A program made the translations under genes and the position numbers. From assembly GCF_036321535.1 (NCBI RefSeq), contig NC_087437.1:17858001-17922000 (forward strand): a stretch of 64,000 nucleotides of DNA. Direction: 5' to 3'. Origin of the DNA: Camelus dromedarius. Lineage: Eukaryota. The notes under the pieces were generated by a model. The model was not told the DNA's origin, searched no databases, and saw only the letters and a program-made list of their open reading frames with translations. Below, one piece after another: positions 13,802 through 28,254 of this stretch (position 1 is its first letter; the number at the start of each line of letters is the position of its first letter).

Positions 13802-14163
13802 GCAGGATGGTCATGGTGATCACTTACAGGAGAGAGGGAAGTTAGACCACATTCTCCACCTGAACAGCAGCTGCACCCTCATCTCCTTCTGTGTGCCATA
13901 CTAGGGTCCTCCATTATTTCAGAAAACATTTTTGTGGGATCAATTATTGGTCTACTTGTTACTGGACAAATACATTGACCACTTGCTGGCTCCAGGCCAA
14001 CGACATTGGCCAGCTGACTCATTTGGCTCTGATGGCAATCAACTCTAATGCCTATTTTCTTACAAATTCATATCTTTTCCTTTATTTATGTATTGACTCA
14101 AAATTTATGAATAAGAGTCATAGTATAACCTAAATACTTCACCTGCACTTAACACTTGTTACT

Positions 14164-14200
<37 letters not shown>
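14164..14200. repeat. (TTG)n microsatellite
   Basis: About 12 perfect TTG units. Confidence 0.95.
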
Positions 14201-14859
14201 GATATAGTCATCTATCTGTACACGGTATTATTCATAGTTGGTCAAATCTAAAAACATTCCCATCAAAGGCTAAGGGCCAGGAACTTGGTTAGGAATGAAA
14301 TCCCCGTTCATGAAATAGTTTCGGTAGAACAACCCTGGGATCCTTGTCATGATCAAATTGTAACAACTGCCCAGGAATATAGCCTATCAAATATGCAAGC
14401 TTGTTTGTTTTAGAAAAGTCACTCAACACTGAAAGATATTCAGTATACTGTATTACTAAGTAGAACGAGTTGTATTAAAAAGACAATGCTGGGGTGGAGT
14501 AAGAGGAGAAGAGAAATTCTAGTTTTAAAATGTAGAAAATCACCTGGAAGCAATAGGAAAATAGGAAACTGAAACACAAATCCATTTTCAATGAATTATT
14601 CAATGAAATTCGAGAACAGCTGAAATCTCCCACCATGATGAATGGGGAAATAATGCTGTGAAAGTCAAATGTGACGTAGAAAGATACCAACAGAGGATCC
14701 TGATGGTTGCAGGCCTCAGACACAACTGCCAAAGGCCATTTCTCCAAAGCAGGTGGCATAGTATATCGCAAACTCTTGTTTAGAAAACTGAGCATGGGTG
14801 TGCAGAGTGGTGGCAGGGCTTTCCTAAGTCAGGTTTAGTCCTAAGTTCTCAAGAAACAG

Positions 14860-15348
14860 TGTAACAGGGAAGAACAAATGTGACTCCACGTTAGCTGTAT
14901 TCCTTTAACTCTACCCCAGGGCTCTGTTTCCTGTGCTTAGTCATGCTGGTTCACACCTTTTGTAAAAGAATGTTGCCTAGAGCCTGAAATATACAGAATA
15001 GCCCATTCTCAAGGCTCTGACCTTTTCCATTCATATAAAGATAAAAAGCTGCAGAACAGAGAATAATATTTGTCTTGTTGGAGGTTTACAGGAACACCGT
15101 GACTTGACCTACACGGATGGTTGCAAGAACAAAGGATTCAGACAACAAGATGTTTGCAACAACCAAACATACCCCCTCCCCTTCTTAGTATAAAAGGAGC
15201 CTGAATTCTGATTTGGGTAAGATGGCTCTCTAGAACATTAGTCCCCCATCTTTATTAGTCTACTGGCTTTCTGAGTCATTATTCCTTGCCCCCAATACCT
15301 TGTCTCCTGATTTATTAGCTTATTGTGTGGTGAATTTGGACTCATACA
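14860..15348 (+). mobile_element. ERV1-class solo LTR
   Basis: Begins tgtaacagggaagaacaaa, TATA box (tataaaa) near 15189, ends ..ggactcataca; resembles a cetartiodactyl ERV1 LTR. Confidence 0.8.
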
Positions 15349-16646
15349 AAAAAAAAAATGGATTGTATAGGCAAGTTAAATTTGCAAGATGTAAATTGCC
15401 CATGAAGTGAGGTGAAAGACAGGAACTCCATGAGCAGCCTAGTGGTACCAGTCTCAGCAGGCTGGGAGAAGTAAAGGACAAAAAACACTCAGACCCAACC
15501 TTGCCCTCTACGGGAGCTCTTACAAGCCTGGAAAATAGCCCAAGAACTTTCCTTGCACCAACCTCTGGCAAACAGATGATATGGAAGAGTCTTCCTATTT
15601 AACATGAGGAATGGTATAAAGGGAACTTGATAGGACGTCAGTAGAAATAGTACAAAGAGGAAGCAGGGTGAAGAAAAGAATAAAAACAACAGCAAAGAAA
15701 AATAATTCAATAAAACTATGCCACAGAGTAGGATGAAAGGGTGATTAGCATGCTGACAAGAATGAAAATCTTCAAGAGGCTAGATGCTCTAGGAAGCAAC
15801 TGCACACAATGAAGATGCAAGGGCTCAGGGATGAAACTGAATGCGATCCTTAGAACTTGGTAAGAAAGGGAAAGGGGAAAAAAACAAAAACAAAAACAAA
15901 AACAAAATCCCAGCCGGCTGAGGAGAAGGGCTATCAAAGCTGTGTTAATAGAAGCTCTATTCAGCAGAGCTAAAGGAGGCAGGAAGGGAAGGAGCCCCTC
16001 TGATTCACCTACCTCATCAGAAGTGACAACTTTGATAGCCCTAAAGCCAGCGGGATAAAATGCAAGAAAGTATCTGAACCAGGAGTGGCCTGATGAGAGA
16101 GGTCATTAATTTGGTATTTTTTTAAATCTGAAATTAACAAAAAAAATCTGAAATTGGAATCATTTCCTCCTGAGATTAATATTAATACACAATTATGAAT
16201 TGATTTCAAAAATCTTACGCTGAGCAAAACTCTTCTCTACTGAAAGATTACACTGTATTTGAATTTCAAATCAAACAAAGGAACATACATTTAAAAAGTG
16301 TTCTTCTATACTTTCATATTTCTCAAAGGGTGAAATAATGTGACAGTCAGCAAGAAAAGCTTTGATTGTAAGAAAATTCTTATTCAAGTTCTAAGATTTT
16401 CAAAACAAATGAGCTATAAATGTGATTGGATTGAAATTGATGCAGGTAACTCTAAACAAGAAACTTTCTCTGTATTGTACGAAACAAAAACAACAAAAAA
16501 GACAAACCACAAGTGCTTTCTTGAAAACAACAGCTATAGCTTTTTGATTGATTAAAAACGACTGTAGCCGGAGTTCCACTATTGTCCAGAATGTAGAAAG
16601 TTAGATTGCAGGTCACTCCCGCTCAGACTATGAGATCATGGCTTTT

Positions 16647-16753
16647 ATTATTAGTTTTTGTTTGTTTGTTTGTCTAATGGAGGTACTAGGGATTGAACCC
16701 ACGGCCTCATGCATGCCAAGCATGCACTCTACCGCTTGAGCTATACCTTCACC
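16647..16753 (-). mobile_element. tRNA-derived camelid SINE (Vic-1 type)
   Basis: Reverse complement reads GGTATAGCTCAAGCGGTAGAGTGCATGCTTGGCATGCATGAGGCCGTGGGTTCAATCCCTAGTACCTCC with A and B boxes, an A-rich tail and a degenerate TSD. Confidence 0.9.
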
Positions 16754-17489
16754 AGAATCATAGTTTTTCTTTAACTCACCAGAGAGCTGAGATCTGGAAG
16801 CCAAAAAAGTAGCCAGAAATTCAAATAAAAATGGGTCCATCCAAGGAGAAACAGACATAAGCGCTGGGTTACCTGTGGCAGAGCATAGGAGGAAGGCTTG
16901 CCAGCGACCATCTAGGAGGGTAAAAAAGAATTCAGGTAAAGGGCAAGTGTGAACCACCAGGATGATTCAGAATCCCTAGGAATGACAAATGTGAAGGGAG
17001 TTCACACTCACAAGGCATTATTCACAGATCTCCACCGGGTCTCAAAAAATAAAAACCAAACCAAAACAAACAAACCAAAAAAAAAAAAAAAAGAAAGAAA
17101 GAAAAGCAGGGCAGGAAATGGGAGACAGCTTCCCTCAGTGGTACAGCTTGGAAGAAGGGAGTGACTGCCACTGGGAAGGGGAACACCTGAGAAGGGAAAC
17201 ACCTGAGAAGGGAATAAATTGTGTGTATACAACCTCGGAGGGAGCAACCTATTTACATGTTTATATACTTTCACCTAAAACGAGACATCGGGCATCTTTC
17301 TCCACCAGCTTCTGCTTTCTCTCCCCTTTTACACTCTTAAAGGAAGCTCAGGAAGCCCCACCTGAACCCCTCCTACCTGCCTTAAGGTGAAAACCCACTG
17401 TAGCGGGGTCAGGATAGGGGTAGGGGGTGAATAAAAGAATAAACCCTTTTATTCTTAGAGAAGGAGCAGCCAAAAGTACTGGCAATTAT

Positions 17490-18350
17490 GAATAAAACTA
17501 ACATAAATATTTGCATACAAGGTTTTGTATGAGCAAAAGTTTTTGTTTCTCTTTGGTAAATACCTACTAGTTGGATGGCTGCATCATATGTAAGGGTATG
17601 TTTGTTTTAAGAAACTGCCAGACTGTTTTCCAAAGTGGCTGAACCATTTTGTTTTCCCATCACTAGGGATGAGAGTTTCAATGGCCGAATACCCTTTTTA
17701 GCACTTGATATGGTCAGAGTTTTGTTGTTGTTGTTGTTGTTTTCATTTTAGGCATTCTAATAGGTTTATAATGGTTTCTAATTGTGGTTTTGTTTTGCAT
17801 TTCCCTAATAACTAATGTTGTTGAGTGTCTCTTCTGTATTTATTTTTCATTTGTATTTCTTCTTTGGTGAATTAACTGTTCTTGTATTTGCCCCATTTTT
17901 AAATTTGTTTTACTAGTTTGGAAGTTCTTTATATAATATGGATACAAATTATTTATCAGATAGGTGTTATACAAATGTTTTTTTTTCCCCAGTCAATGGC
18001 TTGTCTTTTCATTCTTTTAATAGTGTCTTTTGAAGAATAGACATTTAAAATTTTTTGATAAAATCCAATTTAACATTTTTAATCTTTTGTGGATCATGTT
18101 TTTGTGGCTATCTCTAAGAAATCTTTGCCTAACTCCAGTTCACTAAGATTTTCTGCTATGTTTTCTTCTAGAAGTTTTATAGCTTTAGATTTTTACATTT
18201 AATTATATTATTTATTATATGTTAATTGTTATAAATGGTGTGATCAATGGTATGTTCATTTTTTTGCATATTGATGTTCAATTTTTTTCCAACACCATTT
18301 GTTGAAAAGACTATCTTTTGTTTATTGAATTATCTTTGCATCTTTTTCTG
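17490..18350 (-). mobile_element. L1 (L1MB/MC-type) ORF2 end fragment
   Basis: aagaaactgccagactgttttccaaagtggctg and caacaccatttgttgaaaagactatc are antisense L1 motifs. Confidence 0.85.
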
Positions 18351-18369
18351 ATGTTATTTAAACTGTTTC

Positions 18370-21300
18370 TCAGCATAGAAAAAGGAGAACTTTCAATTCC
18401 CAAATTCCTTTGAATGAAACTATCATAACACTGGTAGCAAACCAAACAAATCCAGCCCCTCAAACATCCCAGAGACCAATTCACTTAACATTAATGCAAA
18501 AATCTTATATGGGATTCTTCATGTGGGGTTATTTTAGAAATTCAAAGAGAGCTCAAAATTAAAATATTAACTGACCAGAAGAGAAATAAATCATTCTAAT
18601 TGACTTTAAAATATCATAATGTGTCTGTTTATTCCTTTGGGATAGTCCCTAATTATAAAAAGAGCTGCACTAAATTTTAAACCTTTAAACTAATCATATT
18701 TGGGGGAGTACTGTTACCATCAGACTACTTTGTGTTTAGTTTGGTATAAGGAAAATGAATAATTATGTTGGTGTTTTTAAGAATAGAGATTTCAATGTAG
18801 AAGGAAGGAGGCATGGATATAATATTAATGAATCTGAGTAAAAACCCTGTAGTGCTGATTTTGAATTAGAAGTGTCAGTATGAATTCATGATATGCAGTT
18901 ATGTTTATAAAAAAGAAAGTTTACCATTTAAAATGGAAATTTTTACAGATGGAATGATATCATATCTGGGATTTGCTTGAAAATAATTTGAGGGGAGGAA
19001 GAGAATTAGGTAGGACTTAGATGAAATTATGTTGTCCATGAGTTGATAATTATTGAAGCTAGGTGATGAGTATGTGGATGGGCATATTAATTAAACTATT
19101 CTTTCTATTTTTGTATACATTTTAAATAATTAGTTAAAAACATAATTTAACCATGCACTATTTTAAAAAGTAAAGTATGAGTTGATAGCTGCTGAGAAAG
19201 CATTTGATAAAATTCAATATTCATTCTTGATTTTAAAAAAAACTTCGATGTAGTAGAAATAGGTGAATCTTTCATTACGTTACTAGAAATATATTTATGT
19301 GTTTACATGTATAGTCAGCCTAAAAGCAAACCTTATTAGTAAAGAATCATTTAAACATATCTCATTAAAGGATGTTCTTTATCACCACAATTATTTGATA
19401 TTATTCTAGAAGTATTAGCCAGTATAATTAGGTAAGATAAAACATAATTGTTCCCAGTTCGGTTGAGATAATCGACAACATCATTGTGTAAGTTTAAGGC
19501 ACACAGCAGGATGGTTTGATTTACACATACTGTGAAATGATTACCCCAACAGGTTCAGCTAACACCCATTTTTTCATATAGAGAGAGTAAAAATAAAAGA
19601 AAGAAGAGAAAATAAAAAGGAAATTTTTTTCCTTGTGATGAGAACTCTTAGATTACTCTCTTAACAACATTCCTATATATTATACAGCAGTGTTAGTTCC
19701 AGTCATCATGTTGTACATTACATCCCTCGTACTTGCTTATCTTATAACTGAAAGATTGTACCTTTGACCACATTCCTCCACTTCCCCTTCCCCCTGCTCT
19801 CCACCTCTAGTAACAAGTCTGATCTCTTTTTCAATGAGTTTGAGTTTCTTTGTTTGGGTTTTTTTTTTTTTTTTCAGATTCCACATATAACTGTATATAT
19901 ACTGTATTTGTCTTTCTGTCTGATTTATTTCACTTAGCCTAATGCCTTCAAAGTCCATGTATGTTGTCACAAATTTCCTTGTTTTTTAATGGCTGAATTA
20001 TATATATATAAACACACACATATATATTATACACATTTAATTTGTATATGTTTATATATATTTATATATTCATTTGCATATACGTAAAAATACCACAACT
20101 TCTGTACTTTTTTATCCATTCATTCATCAATAAGACACATTGTTTCCATACCTTGTTATGTAAGTAATGCTTCTATGAACACGGGGGGACAGGTATCTTT
20201 TTGGGCTAGTGTTTTTGTTTCCTTTGGATATATTCCAAGATGTGAAATTGCTGGATCATATGATAATTCTATTTTTAATTTTATAAGGATCCTCCATAGT
20301 GCCTGTATCAATTTACGATTCTAACTACAGTGCACAAGTGTTCTCTTTTCTCCACATCATGACAGCATTTGTTAACTCTTATCTCTTTGATGATGGCCAA
20401 GAGAAAAAAAAAATTCTAAATATAAAAATTGGAAAAGAAGAGATAAAATGATCATTATTTGCAGATACATTTCTTTTTACCTAAAAATATTAAGCATCTG
20501 CAGTAAAAAAAATTATCTAAAATTGTAAGAAAATTGAGTGAAGTAGCTGGGAATAAAATTAGTATCCAGAAACCAAAAGTCATGATATATACAAACGACA
20601 ACCAATTAGAAGATCCTGAGGTAAAGGGGCCCCATTTTATAATAGCATTAAAAAAAAATAACTAGTAATAAAAGAGGAAAATGTGCAAGACCAAACAAAG
20701 AAAACAATTAAATGCTACTGAGGGACACAAAAAAGACTTCCACAGAAAGGGTTACCATATTCTTGGTTAAAAAGAATCAAAAGCTATAAAATCTCTTCTC
20801 CCCAAAGTTAATCTTGAATGTAATCTAAATCATATCCAGCAAAATGTCAATAAAATTTTTTTCTGAGAGTAGATAAACTGCCTCTGAAGTTCATGTGAAT
20901 AAATAGGAACAGACCTCTCATAAAAAACCCTGAAGAAATGTTCAAAACATTCAGATATAATTACAATAATTAAAACATACTAATGCATCTAGAAAGAGAC
21001 TCAAACACATAGAAATTTTGTTTGGTAAACATAGTATGGCCAACTAGTGCCAGAAAAATGGATTATTCAATGAATGGTATTAGAACAATCAGGAAGCCCT
21101 ATAGAAAGTTTAGGTGGATTTCTACCTCATGCTTTTTACCAAAATTAATTCCAGGTGAATGAAATCTTAAGCATACAAATGAAACTATAAAAATACACAA
21201 TGAAAAAAAATGGGAGAATTAGTCGATAAGTTGAACTTATGCACTGTGGTGGGGGAGATCTTTTCAAATTTGACATAAAGCCCAAAATCCATTCAAGAAA

Positions 21301-22170
21301 AGATTGATAAATCCAACCAAATAAAAATAAAAAATTTCTGCAAGGAAAAAACAAACAAATAAAAAGACAAATGATAAACTGGGAAAGTATCTGTAATCAG
21401 CTGACTGAAGAAAAGAAAATTCCTTAATACATGAAGGACTCTTACAATTTAACAGGAAAGAGAAAAGCAGTGAAATTCAGAAAAAAGTAGGCAAATGATA
21501 TAAAGAATCCATAGAAAAGGAGAAACAAAAGGTTCTTAAATGTATGAAAAGAGGCACAATCTCATTTGTAACAAGGGAAATCCAAAATACCATTATTTCC
21601 TTATCTGATTGGTAGAGATTTAAGAGTTTAATAGCCCATTGTGCTAAGGAGTCTTTAGTGGGAGCACAGTTATGTGTTTTGTGAGAATAAAACTTGACTC
21701 AACCCATATAGAGGACAATTTGATAACACTGATTAATAATACAAATGAATTGACCCAGAAATTCTAATTCTGGAGATTTATCTTCCAAATACTCTGTAAA
21801 TATATATCCACAGAACTAGGTAATTATTGCAATGTTGTTTAAATAGCAAAAGATTGGAAACAACCCAGATATTCATCAATAGGGCTCTAGGTAAATAAAT
21901 TAAGATACATCACATACAGTGGAATACCATGCAACTACTTAAAAAAATAAGGCAGGTCTGTACACATGTATATATGCTTTTCTAGGCATCCTCAAACTGC
22001 AATGACACACAAGAAACTGGATTACTAGTAGTTGCCTCTGAAGTAGCAAATTGGGTGTCTAGGATTCAGGATTAGGAAGGAGATTGACTCTTCAGAGAAT
22101 ACCCTCCTGTATCTTTAGAATTTTTAATTATTTGTGTTACATTACCTATTCTAAAATATAAAATACAATA
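18370..22170 (+). mobile_element. Old L1ME-type ORF2/3' remnant, interrupted by younger L1 pieces
   Basis: gctgagaaagcatttgataaaattcaa and atcattatttgcagatac (RT FADD region); 3' UTR motifs near 21800-22170. Confidence 0.7.
19450..20398 (-). mobile_element. L1 3' end (L1MA9-like) nested in an older L1
   Basis: tgtgtaagtttaagg..gattaccccaacagg..ttcagattccacatataa..tttcacttagcctaatgccttcaaagtcc. Confidence 0.85.
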
Positions 22171-22459
22171 ATTTTATTCTTCATGACAAAACTTTTGGGG
22201 ATTTTTAAATTTTTTAATTGAAGTATAGTTGATGTACTTAAATACAGTAATTTAAAAAAATACATTGCGGGGGTGATTGGAAAGAGTTAGAGACACAATG
22301 TGTTATACTCCCTCCCTATACACACACATTTAAGGATAGCCTTAGTAACCATAACAACCTAGCTCGTAATAATGACAGAATATCCCAGAAAATTCTAGGG
22401 TGCCTTCTGAGTTATCTAAGAAAGATGGTAATTAGTGGAAGTGTAATTAAATATATTTG

Positions 22460-23380
22460 TAAATAAATTATTTACTAACTTGTAATATACATAAAGAAGT
22501 GCAAATACCTAAGTGTGAGCTTGATGAGTTTTGCGAAGTGAATACGCCTGAGTCCCTGGCACCCAGATCAAGGAAAAGAGCATTACCAGCACCACAAAAG
22601 CCCTCCTCAAACTCCCTTTCTGTTACTTACTAACCCTCCCCAAGGGTAACCACCATCCTGTGTCCTAACATTACAAATTAGTTTTGATGGTTTTGAATTA
22701 CATATAAATAGAATCTTACAGTATGGTGGGTTTTTGTTTTTATTTTAATTTTTTGTTTTGTTTTATCTGGTTTCTTTTGCTTGACACCATGTTTGTAAGA
22801 TTCATCCACGTTGTTGTGTATTATACTATCATTCCTGTGTAGCATTCTGTTGCATGACTGTACCATTCATCCATGATAATGTACACTCAGACTGTTTCTA
22901 GCATTTGGCTGTAATAAACAGTGCTGCTCTGATGGTTCTGGTACACCTCTCAGTGAAGCTATATGGACATTTCTGTTGGGTTTATACCTAGAAATGGAAG
23001 TTGCTGGGCTTATATCTAGAAGTGGAAGTTCAATAGGGTATGTGAATATTTTTAGTAGATATTACTAAACAATTTTCCAAAATGGCTGTCCTACACCCTC
23101 ACCCTCATTTTGTATGACCAATCTCATATTTTAGCTATTCTAAGGGATAAGTACAAAGCTATCTCACTGTAGTTTTAATTTGCATTTCTATGAGGGCTAA
23201 CAAATTGAGTACTATTTTAATGAAGTGTCTGTTAAGGGTTTTTGCCCACTTTTCTGTTGAGCTGCTGAATTTTTATCACTCATTTGTAGGAGTTTATTTT
23301 CTATTCTGCACATATACCCTTTGTCAAATATGTGTAGTGCACATATCTTCTCCAGCTCTGTGACTTGCTTTTTAATCCTT
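22460..23380 (-). mobile_element. L1 (L1MB/ME-type) 3' fragment
   Basis: cacccagatcaag..cattaccagcacc and ttttaatttgcatttct are antisense L1 3' motifs. Confidence 0.75.
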
Positions 23381-23689
23381 TAATTTTATACACAGTGAAT
23401 TATATCTTAATGAGTTGAAATGCTTTGAAAACTGACACTCTATGAATAATTACATAAAAATAAAATTATATAAAAAAATGAATTGCTGAGTGCAACACTC
23501 AGAATTTTGCAGGAATATAATTTATGTAACTTTCTTTCTTACATAACTTCCTATGTGTGTACATAGATTTGTTTTTATTGCCATTATTATCTCTATAAAA
23601 ACAAACCCAAAAGGCTCCCTTTGTAAGTTAGACTTTAAAAAAGGAAAAAATAAAAAACTCAATTCTTCTAAGTAATTCAACCATTATTT

Positions 23690-24035
23690 ACTTATTTAAA
23701 CCACTTTACTGGGGTATGATTGGCATACAAAGAGTTGTACTCATGTAATGTATGCAGCTTGATGAGTTTTCAGGTAAGTATACATCTGTGAAACCATCAT
23801 CACAATCTATCCCATAAACATAGCCATTACCTCCAAAAGTTGCCACCTGCCCTCTTTATAATTATTATTTTGTGTGTGCATGATAAGAACACTTAATCAT
23901 AGGATCACCCTCCAAGCACATTTTTAAGTACGTGATACAGTATCATTAGCTATAGGCTGGATGCTATACAATAGATCTCTAGGACTTACTCATCTTGTAC
24001 AACTGAAACTTTGTACCCTTTGACTAATACCCCTG
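23690..24035 (-). mobile_element. L1MA-type 3' end
   Basis: tgtgaaaccatcatcacaatc..agatctctaggacttactcatcttgtacaactgaaactttgtacccttt. Confidence 0.8.
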
Positions 24036-24039
24036 TTTC

Positions 24040-25720
24040 CACTCAACCATATTTATTGACTACCTACTATTTGCCAGGCATAAACAAAGTCTTCGGTGTC
24101 ATGGAGATTACATTCTAGTGAGGGAAACAAAATAGGTACATAATAATTAGACACAAAAAGATGTTAGATGATGAAAGACACTGTCAAAAGAATGAGAAGA
24201 TAAACCACATACTGGAAGAAAATATTTGCAAACGACAGACACATCTGATAAAGGACTGTTATCTAAAACATACAAAGAACTTTCACAACTTAACAAAAAT
24301 AAAATGAACAACCTGATGAAAAAATAGGCAAAATATTTGGACAGACACCTCACCAAAGAAGATATACTTTGGCAACACAGATGGCAAATAAGTATATAAA
24401 AAGATGTTCAGTATCATACATTATTAGGGAATTGCAAGTTAATCAATGAGATACCGATACACACTGTTTAGAATAGCAATAATCCAAAACACTGACAACA
24501 TCAAATGCTGGTGAGGACATGGAGCAACAGGAACTCTCGTTCATTGTTGGTGGGAACACACAATGGTACAGCCACTTTGGAGGACTGCTTGTTGGTTTCT
24601 TGCAAAACTAGACATATGCTTACCATATGACTCAAGCACCATGCTCTTTGGTATTTACCCAAATGGAAAACTTGTGTCCACACAAAAATGTCCACACTAA
24701 TGTATATAGCTGCTTTTTTATAATTGCTAAAATTTGGAAGCAATCAAAATGTCCTACAGTAGGTGAATGGATAAAATAAACTATGCCACATCAAGACAAT
24801 GGAGTATTATCCAGTGCTAAAAATAAATGAGCTATCAAGCCACTAAAGGATACAGAGGAATCTTAAGTGCATATTACTAAGTGAAAGAAGCCAATATTAA
24901 AAGGCTACATACTATGTGACTCTAACTGTACAATGTTCTGGAAAAGGCAAAATTAGGGAAACAATAAAAAGAACAGCTGTTGCCAGGAATTTGAGGGGAG
25001 GCAGAGATGAATATGTGGAGCATGCAGGATTTTTAGGGCAGTGAAACTATTCTGTATGATAATACAATGATGGAAAGATGACATTATACATTTGTCAAAA
25101 CCTATAGAATGTACAACACCAAGAGTGAACTGTAACGTAATCTATGGACTTTGGTTGATAATGGTGTGTCAATACTGCTTCATTGATTGTAACAAATGCA
25201 TCACTCTGGTGTGAGATGTTCATGGTGGGAGAGGTGGTATGTGTGTATGGAGAGGTATATGGGAACACTTTTATTTCCTGCTCAATTTTTCAGTGAATCA
25301 AAATCTACTCTAAAAGATAAATTCTGTATCAAACAAATATTAGATGATGGCAGTATGAAGAGACAATCAGAGTGATGAGATAGGGTGTGCTGATGGAATG
25401 GGTGGGCTCCTTGAGAGAACATGATCATGGAATTTCTCTATGAGGAAGTCGTGATGTTTAATATGAGATCAGAATGACAAGGAGTGGGCCACCAAGAAAT
25501 GAGGATAACAGTTCTGGCCGTGGGAAGAGTTGCAGCTGAAACCTTGAGGCAGGAATAAACTTTCATCCAGAGAACAGGAGACTTGAGTGTCCAGAACATG
25601 GTGAGAAAAGTGGAGAAAGGATGAAAAATGTGACTGGGGAGGTAGCAGGCACCAGATCATATAGAGCCTTATGGGACAGGATAAAGGCATTAATTTTATT
25701 TTAAAGGTCATTTTAGAGAT
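24040..25720 (-). mobile_element. L2 (L2a-like) split by an L1MC insertion
   Basis: catatttattgactacctactatttgccaggca on the left; aggcaccagatcatatagagccttatgggacagg on the right. Confidence 0.65.
24173..25332 (+). mobile_element. L1MC1-like 3' fragment with TSD
   Basis: ORF2 end plus L1MC1-type 3' UTR; flanked on both sides by ttagatgatg. Confidence 0.85.
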
Positions 25721-26399
25721 GGAGAGTAAAGGGGAGGGGAAAGAAAGGATGGACGCTTGCCTTTTCCAGTAGCTTTTCCCTCTATTTCTTTTCTAAGCAC
25801 AAATTCTGGCAAATTTCAGGACGATCCCAACTTAGCTTATTGGTTTTGTCTTAAAAAAAAATTAAAAAGCTAAAACTTTGCTCCTTCCATTTCAGGAAAC
25901 CTGGACCTTTTGCTCAAACTCTCCCTTTGGTCATCTGCCTGCAGTGTCTTCTCCCTGCAGCTGACTCTCAAGAGAAACTGGAAAAGGGAGGGATTATTTG
26001 TGCTATTCTTCCCATTATAACACTCACCTTTGTGCACTTCTTGAGAATTCCCAACAGTTTTGCATTCACTACTTTATTTTGAATTGAAAGAATGAGTTTG
26101 ATATTTACCAACTACGCTTATGCTTATTTAAAAAGTAATATCTAGCTGTTTTAAAAAATTATACATGTTCAGTGAGGAAATCTGGAAAACACAAAAAAAA
26201 GTGTAAAGAAAAAAGCGGAAATAATTTAAATATCATGAATCAGAGATAACCCACTTTCTGTTATCATGAAACAGAGGTAACCCATTTTCTTCTCCTTAGC
26301 ATATTAAATGGGTAACTTTCCTATAATATACCAGGAAATTTATTTTGTAAAATCAAGATTACATTTTATACCATACTCCACAGGCTGCTTTTCGCCTAA

Positions 26400-26590
26400 A
26401 ATAACATACATATATCATACATCTCTGGTAACTCTCAAAGAGACTTGGAGTGACTGGTATTATCATTTTTGTTTCATTGAGGAGGCAACTGATATTCTGA
26501 AAATGTGAAGTTACCCTGAGGTCCCCAGGGAAAGCTGTGATTGCAATTTTGATGATCTAACTATGAGTCCAAAACTCCAGCCACTATATG
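26400..26590 (-). mobile_element. MIR fragment
   Basis: tattatcattttt..gaggaggcaactga..gtgaagttaccctgaggtc matches the antisense MIR core. Confidence 0.55.
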
Positions 26591-26659
26591 ACAATAACAC
26601 AGTACTTTCAACACAAAACCCCTATTTACTGATGATTCTTTATCCTTTTACTACGTAAA

Positions 26660-27200
26660 TTCAATCATGCCATCCCTTTGTCGCTAACTCTCCAATGGCT
26701 CTCCATTTCATTCAAAGTGAAAACCGAAATGCCTACAATCTGGTCCCCACTGCCTCTCTGACTCATCTCTTACATCTCCCCCACACCTAAGTCACCCTGT
26801 TAGAGCCACCTTGCTGCTACATCAGGCATGCTGGCAGCTTAGGGTTTTATGCTTACTGTTTCTTTTACCCAGAATGCTTTGCCTCCAGATATCCACATGG
26901 CTCTCTCCTTCACTTTCTTAAGGTCTCTGCTCAGATGTCACAGTGTCAACCATCCCATGCAGTGAACCTTAGCCTGAAACCACCTGGCACTCCTCATCTG
27001 TATTGCCCTGCTTCGATTTCTCCTTAGTATTTATCACCACATGACATGCTGTTACATGTTTATTTCTAATATCTCTTCCCCTCCCACCCTACCCTACCCT
27101 CAAAGCCCCTATGGGAGAAATTTGTTTGTTTATTGCAGTGAACTATAACAGTGCCTGGAACAAGGGAGGCCCTCAATACATTTTTGTTGGATGAGTGGGT
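26660..27200 (+). mobile_element. L2 3' portion
   Basis: ctccaatggctctccatttca..; ends aacagtgcctggaacaagggaggccctcaatacatttttgttggatgag. Confidence 0.75.
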
Positions 27201-28131
27201 ATAGACTAGATGACCTGCTCAGTAATTTATATACATTCTCTCTCCCTGAATCCTTCTATGAGACATGGTATTTCCAAATTCAAACATACGTATTTGTGAT
27301 AACAATTAAACAGATTTTATTATCAAGGAGTGATGTCAAGAACATACAATATTTAAGAATTGAAAATTAAAAGTCACCTTTGACTCCAAGGGTCCAAAAA
27401 AATCACTTTGACTCCTTGTCTGCTCTTTGTCTGCTTATTTTGCCACAAAATATGTGCAAAGGTGGTTTTTCTAGCTCTGTACATTCATACACCATTTTAT
27501 CCAATAAATCAGAAAGAAACTCAACAGTTGAAGCACTCACAGATTATTTTCAAAATGTGATGATCTACTTGAGTCAACCACCAGAGAGCCAACTGCCAAA
27601 GAATTAGTTGCTTGACTAAATTCATCACTATTCTCAAAGTAGTTGCATGAAGGTGGTTATGTGTGAATGTTAGTGTAAAAAGTCAGTGAGTATTAGCTTT
27701 AAAAGCTTTCTCCATGTCTAGGTAGACAGAGAGAACAAAGCTTCAGTTATACTCGCTGAGCAAAAATGCTACTTTGGATAACTCTAAGTTGTCTAACAAG
27801 AAATTACTAGACATCTCTTCTTTGTGCATGGCCCTAACTTCTTTCCTGAGCCCTCAGAATTGACAATCTGGTGGGGAAGGAAGGTGTTTGCCTAAGGAGG
27901 TTGGCATATGATTATAATAAATTAAATGCATTATCCTCCTTCCATCTTAGTCTCAACTCCTAGCTCTGGGTTGACTTGGGCTCCTGGCTAAATAAAGTCT
28001 TTGACTTGAAAAGGATTAAGTGCAAACAGCACTGCCCTGCTTCTCTCCTAATCCTCTTTAGGACAATAGAGGTAATAGAAAAGAGTGTCTCAGATGGCTT
28101 TGTACAGATGGCTTAACTTAAATAGCTCTTC

Positions 28132-28254
28132 ATGAAAAGAATATGAGAAAGAATATATGTATGTATATGTATGACTGAACTATTATTCCGTACACCAGAA
28201 ACTGACACAACATTGTAAACTGACTATACTTCAATAAAAATTAATTAATTTAAA
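28132..28254 (+). mobile_element. Young 5'-truncated L1 stub with TSD
   Basis: ..gtacaccagaaactgacacaacattgtaaactgactatacttcaataaaa; TSD aaatagctcttc at 28120-28131 and 28255-28266. Confidence 0.9.

Noticed and set aside
14820..16050. Purine-rich flanks of the ERV1 LTR as a hidden coding region
   Set aside because: Frames close quickly and match nothing I recognise; possibly an old ERVL LTR remnant.
16680..16753. tRNA-Ala-like sequences (also at 48916, 59580 and 62050)
   Set aside because: A-rich tails, TSDs and imperfect stems show these are SINEs, not tRNA genes.
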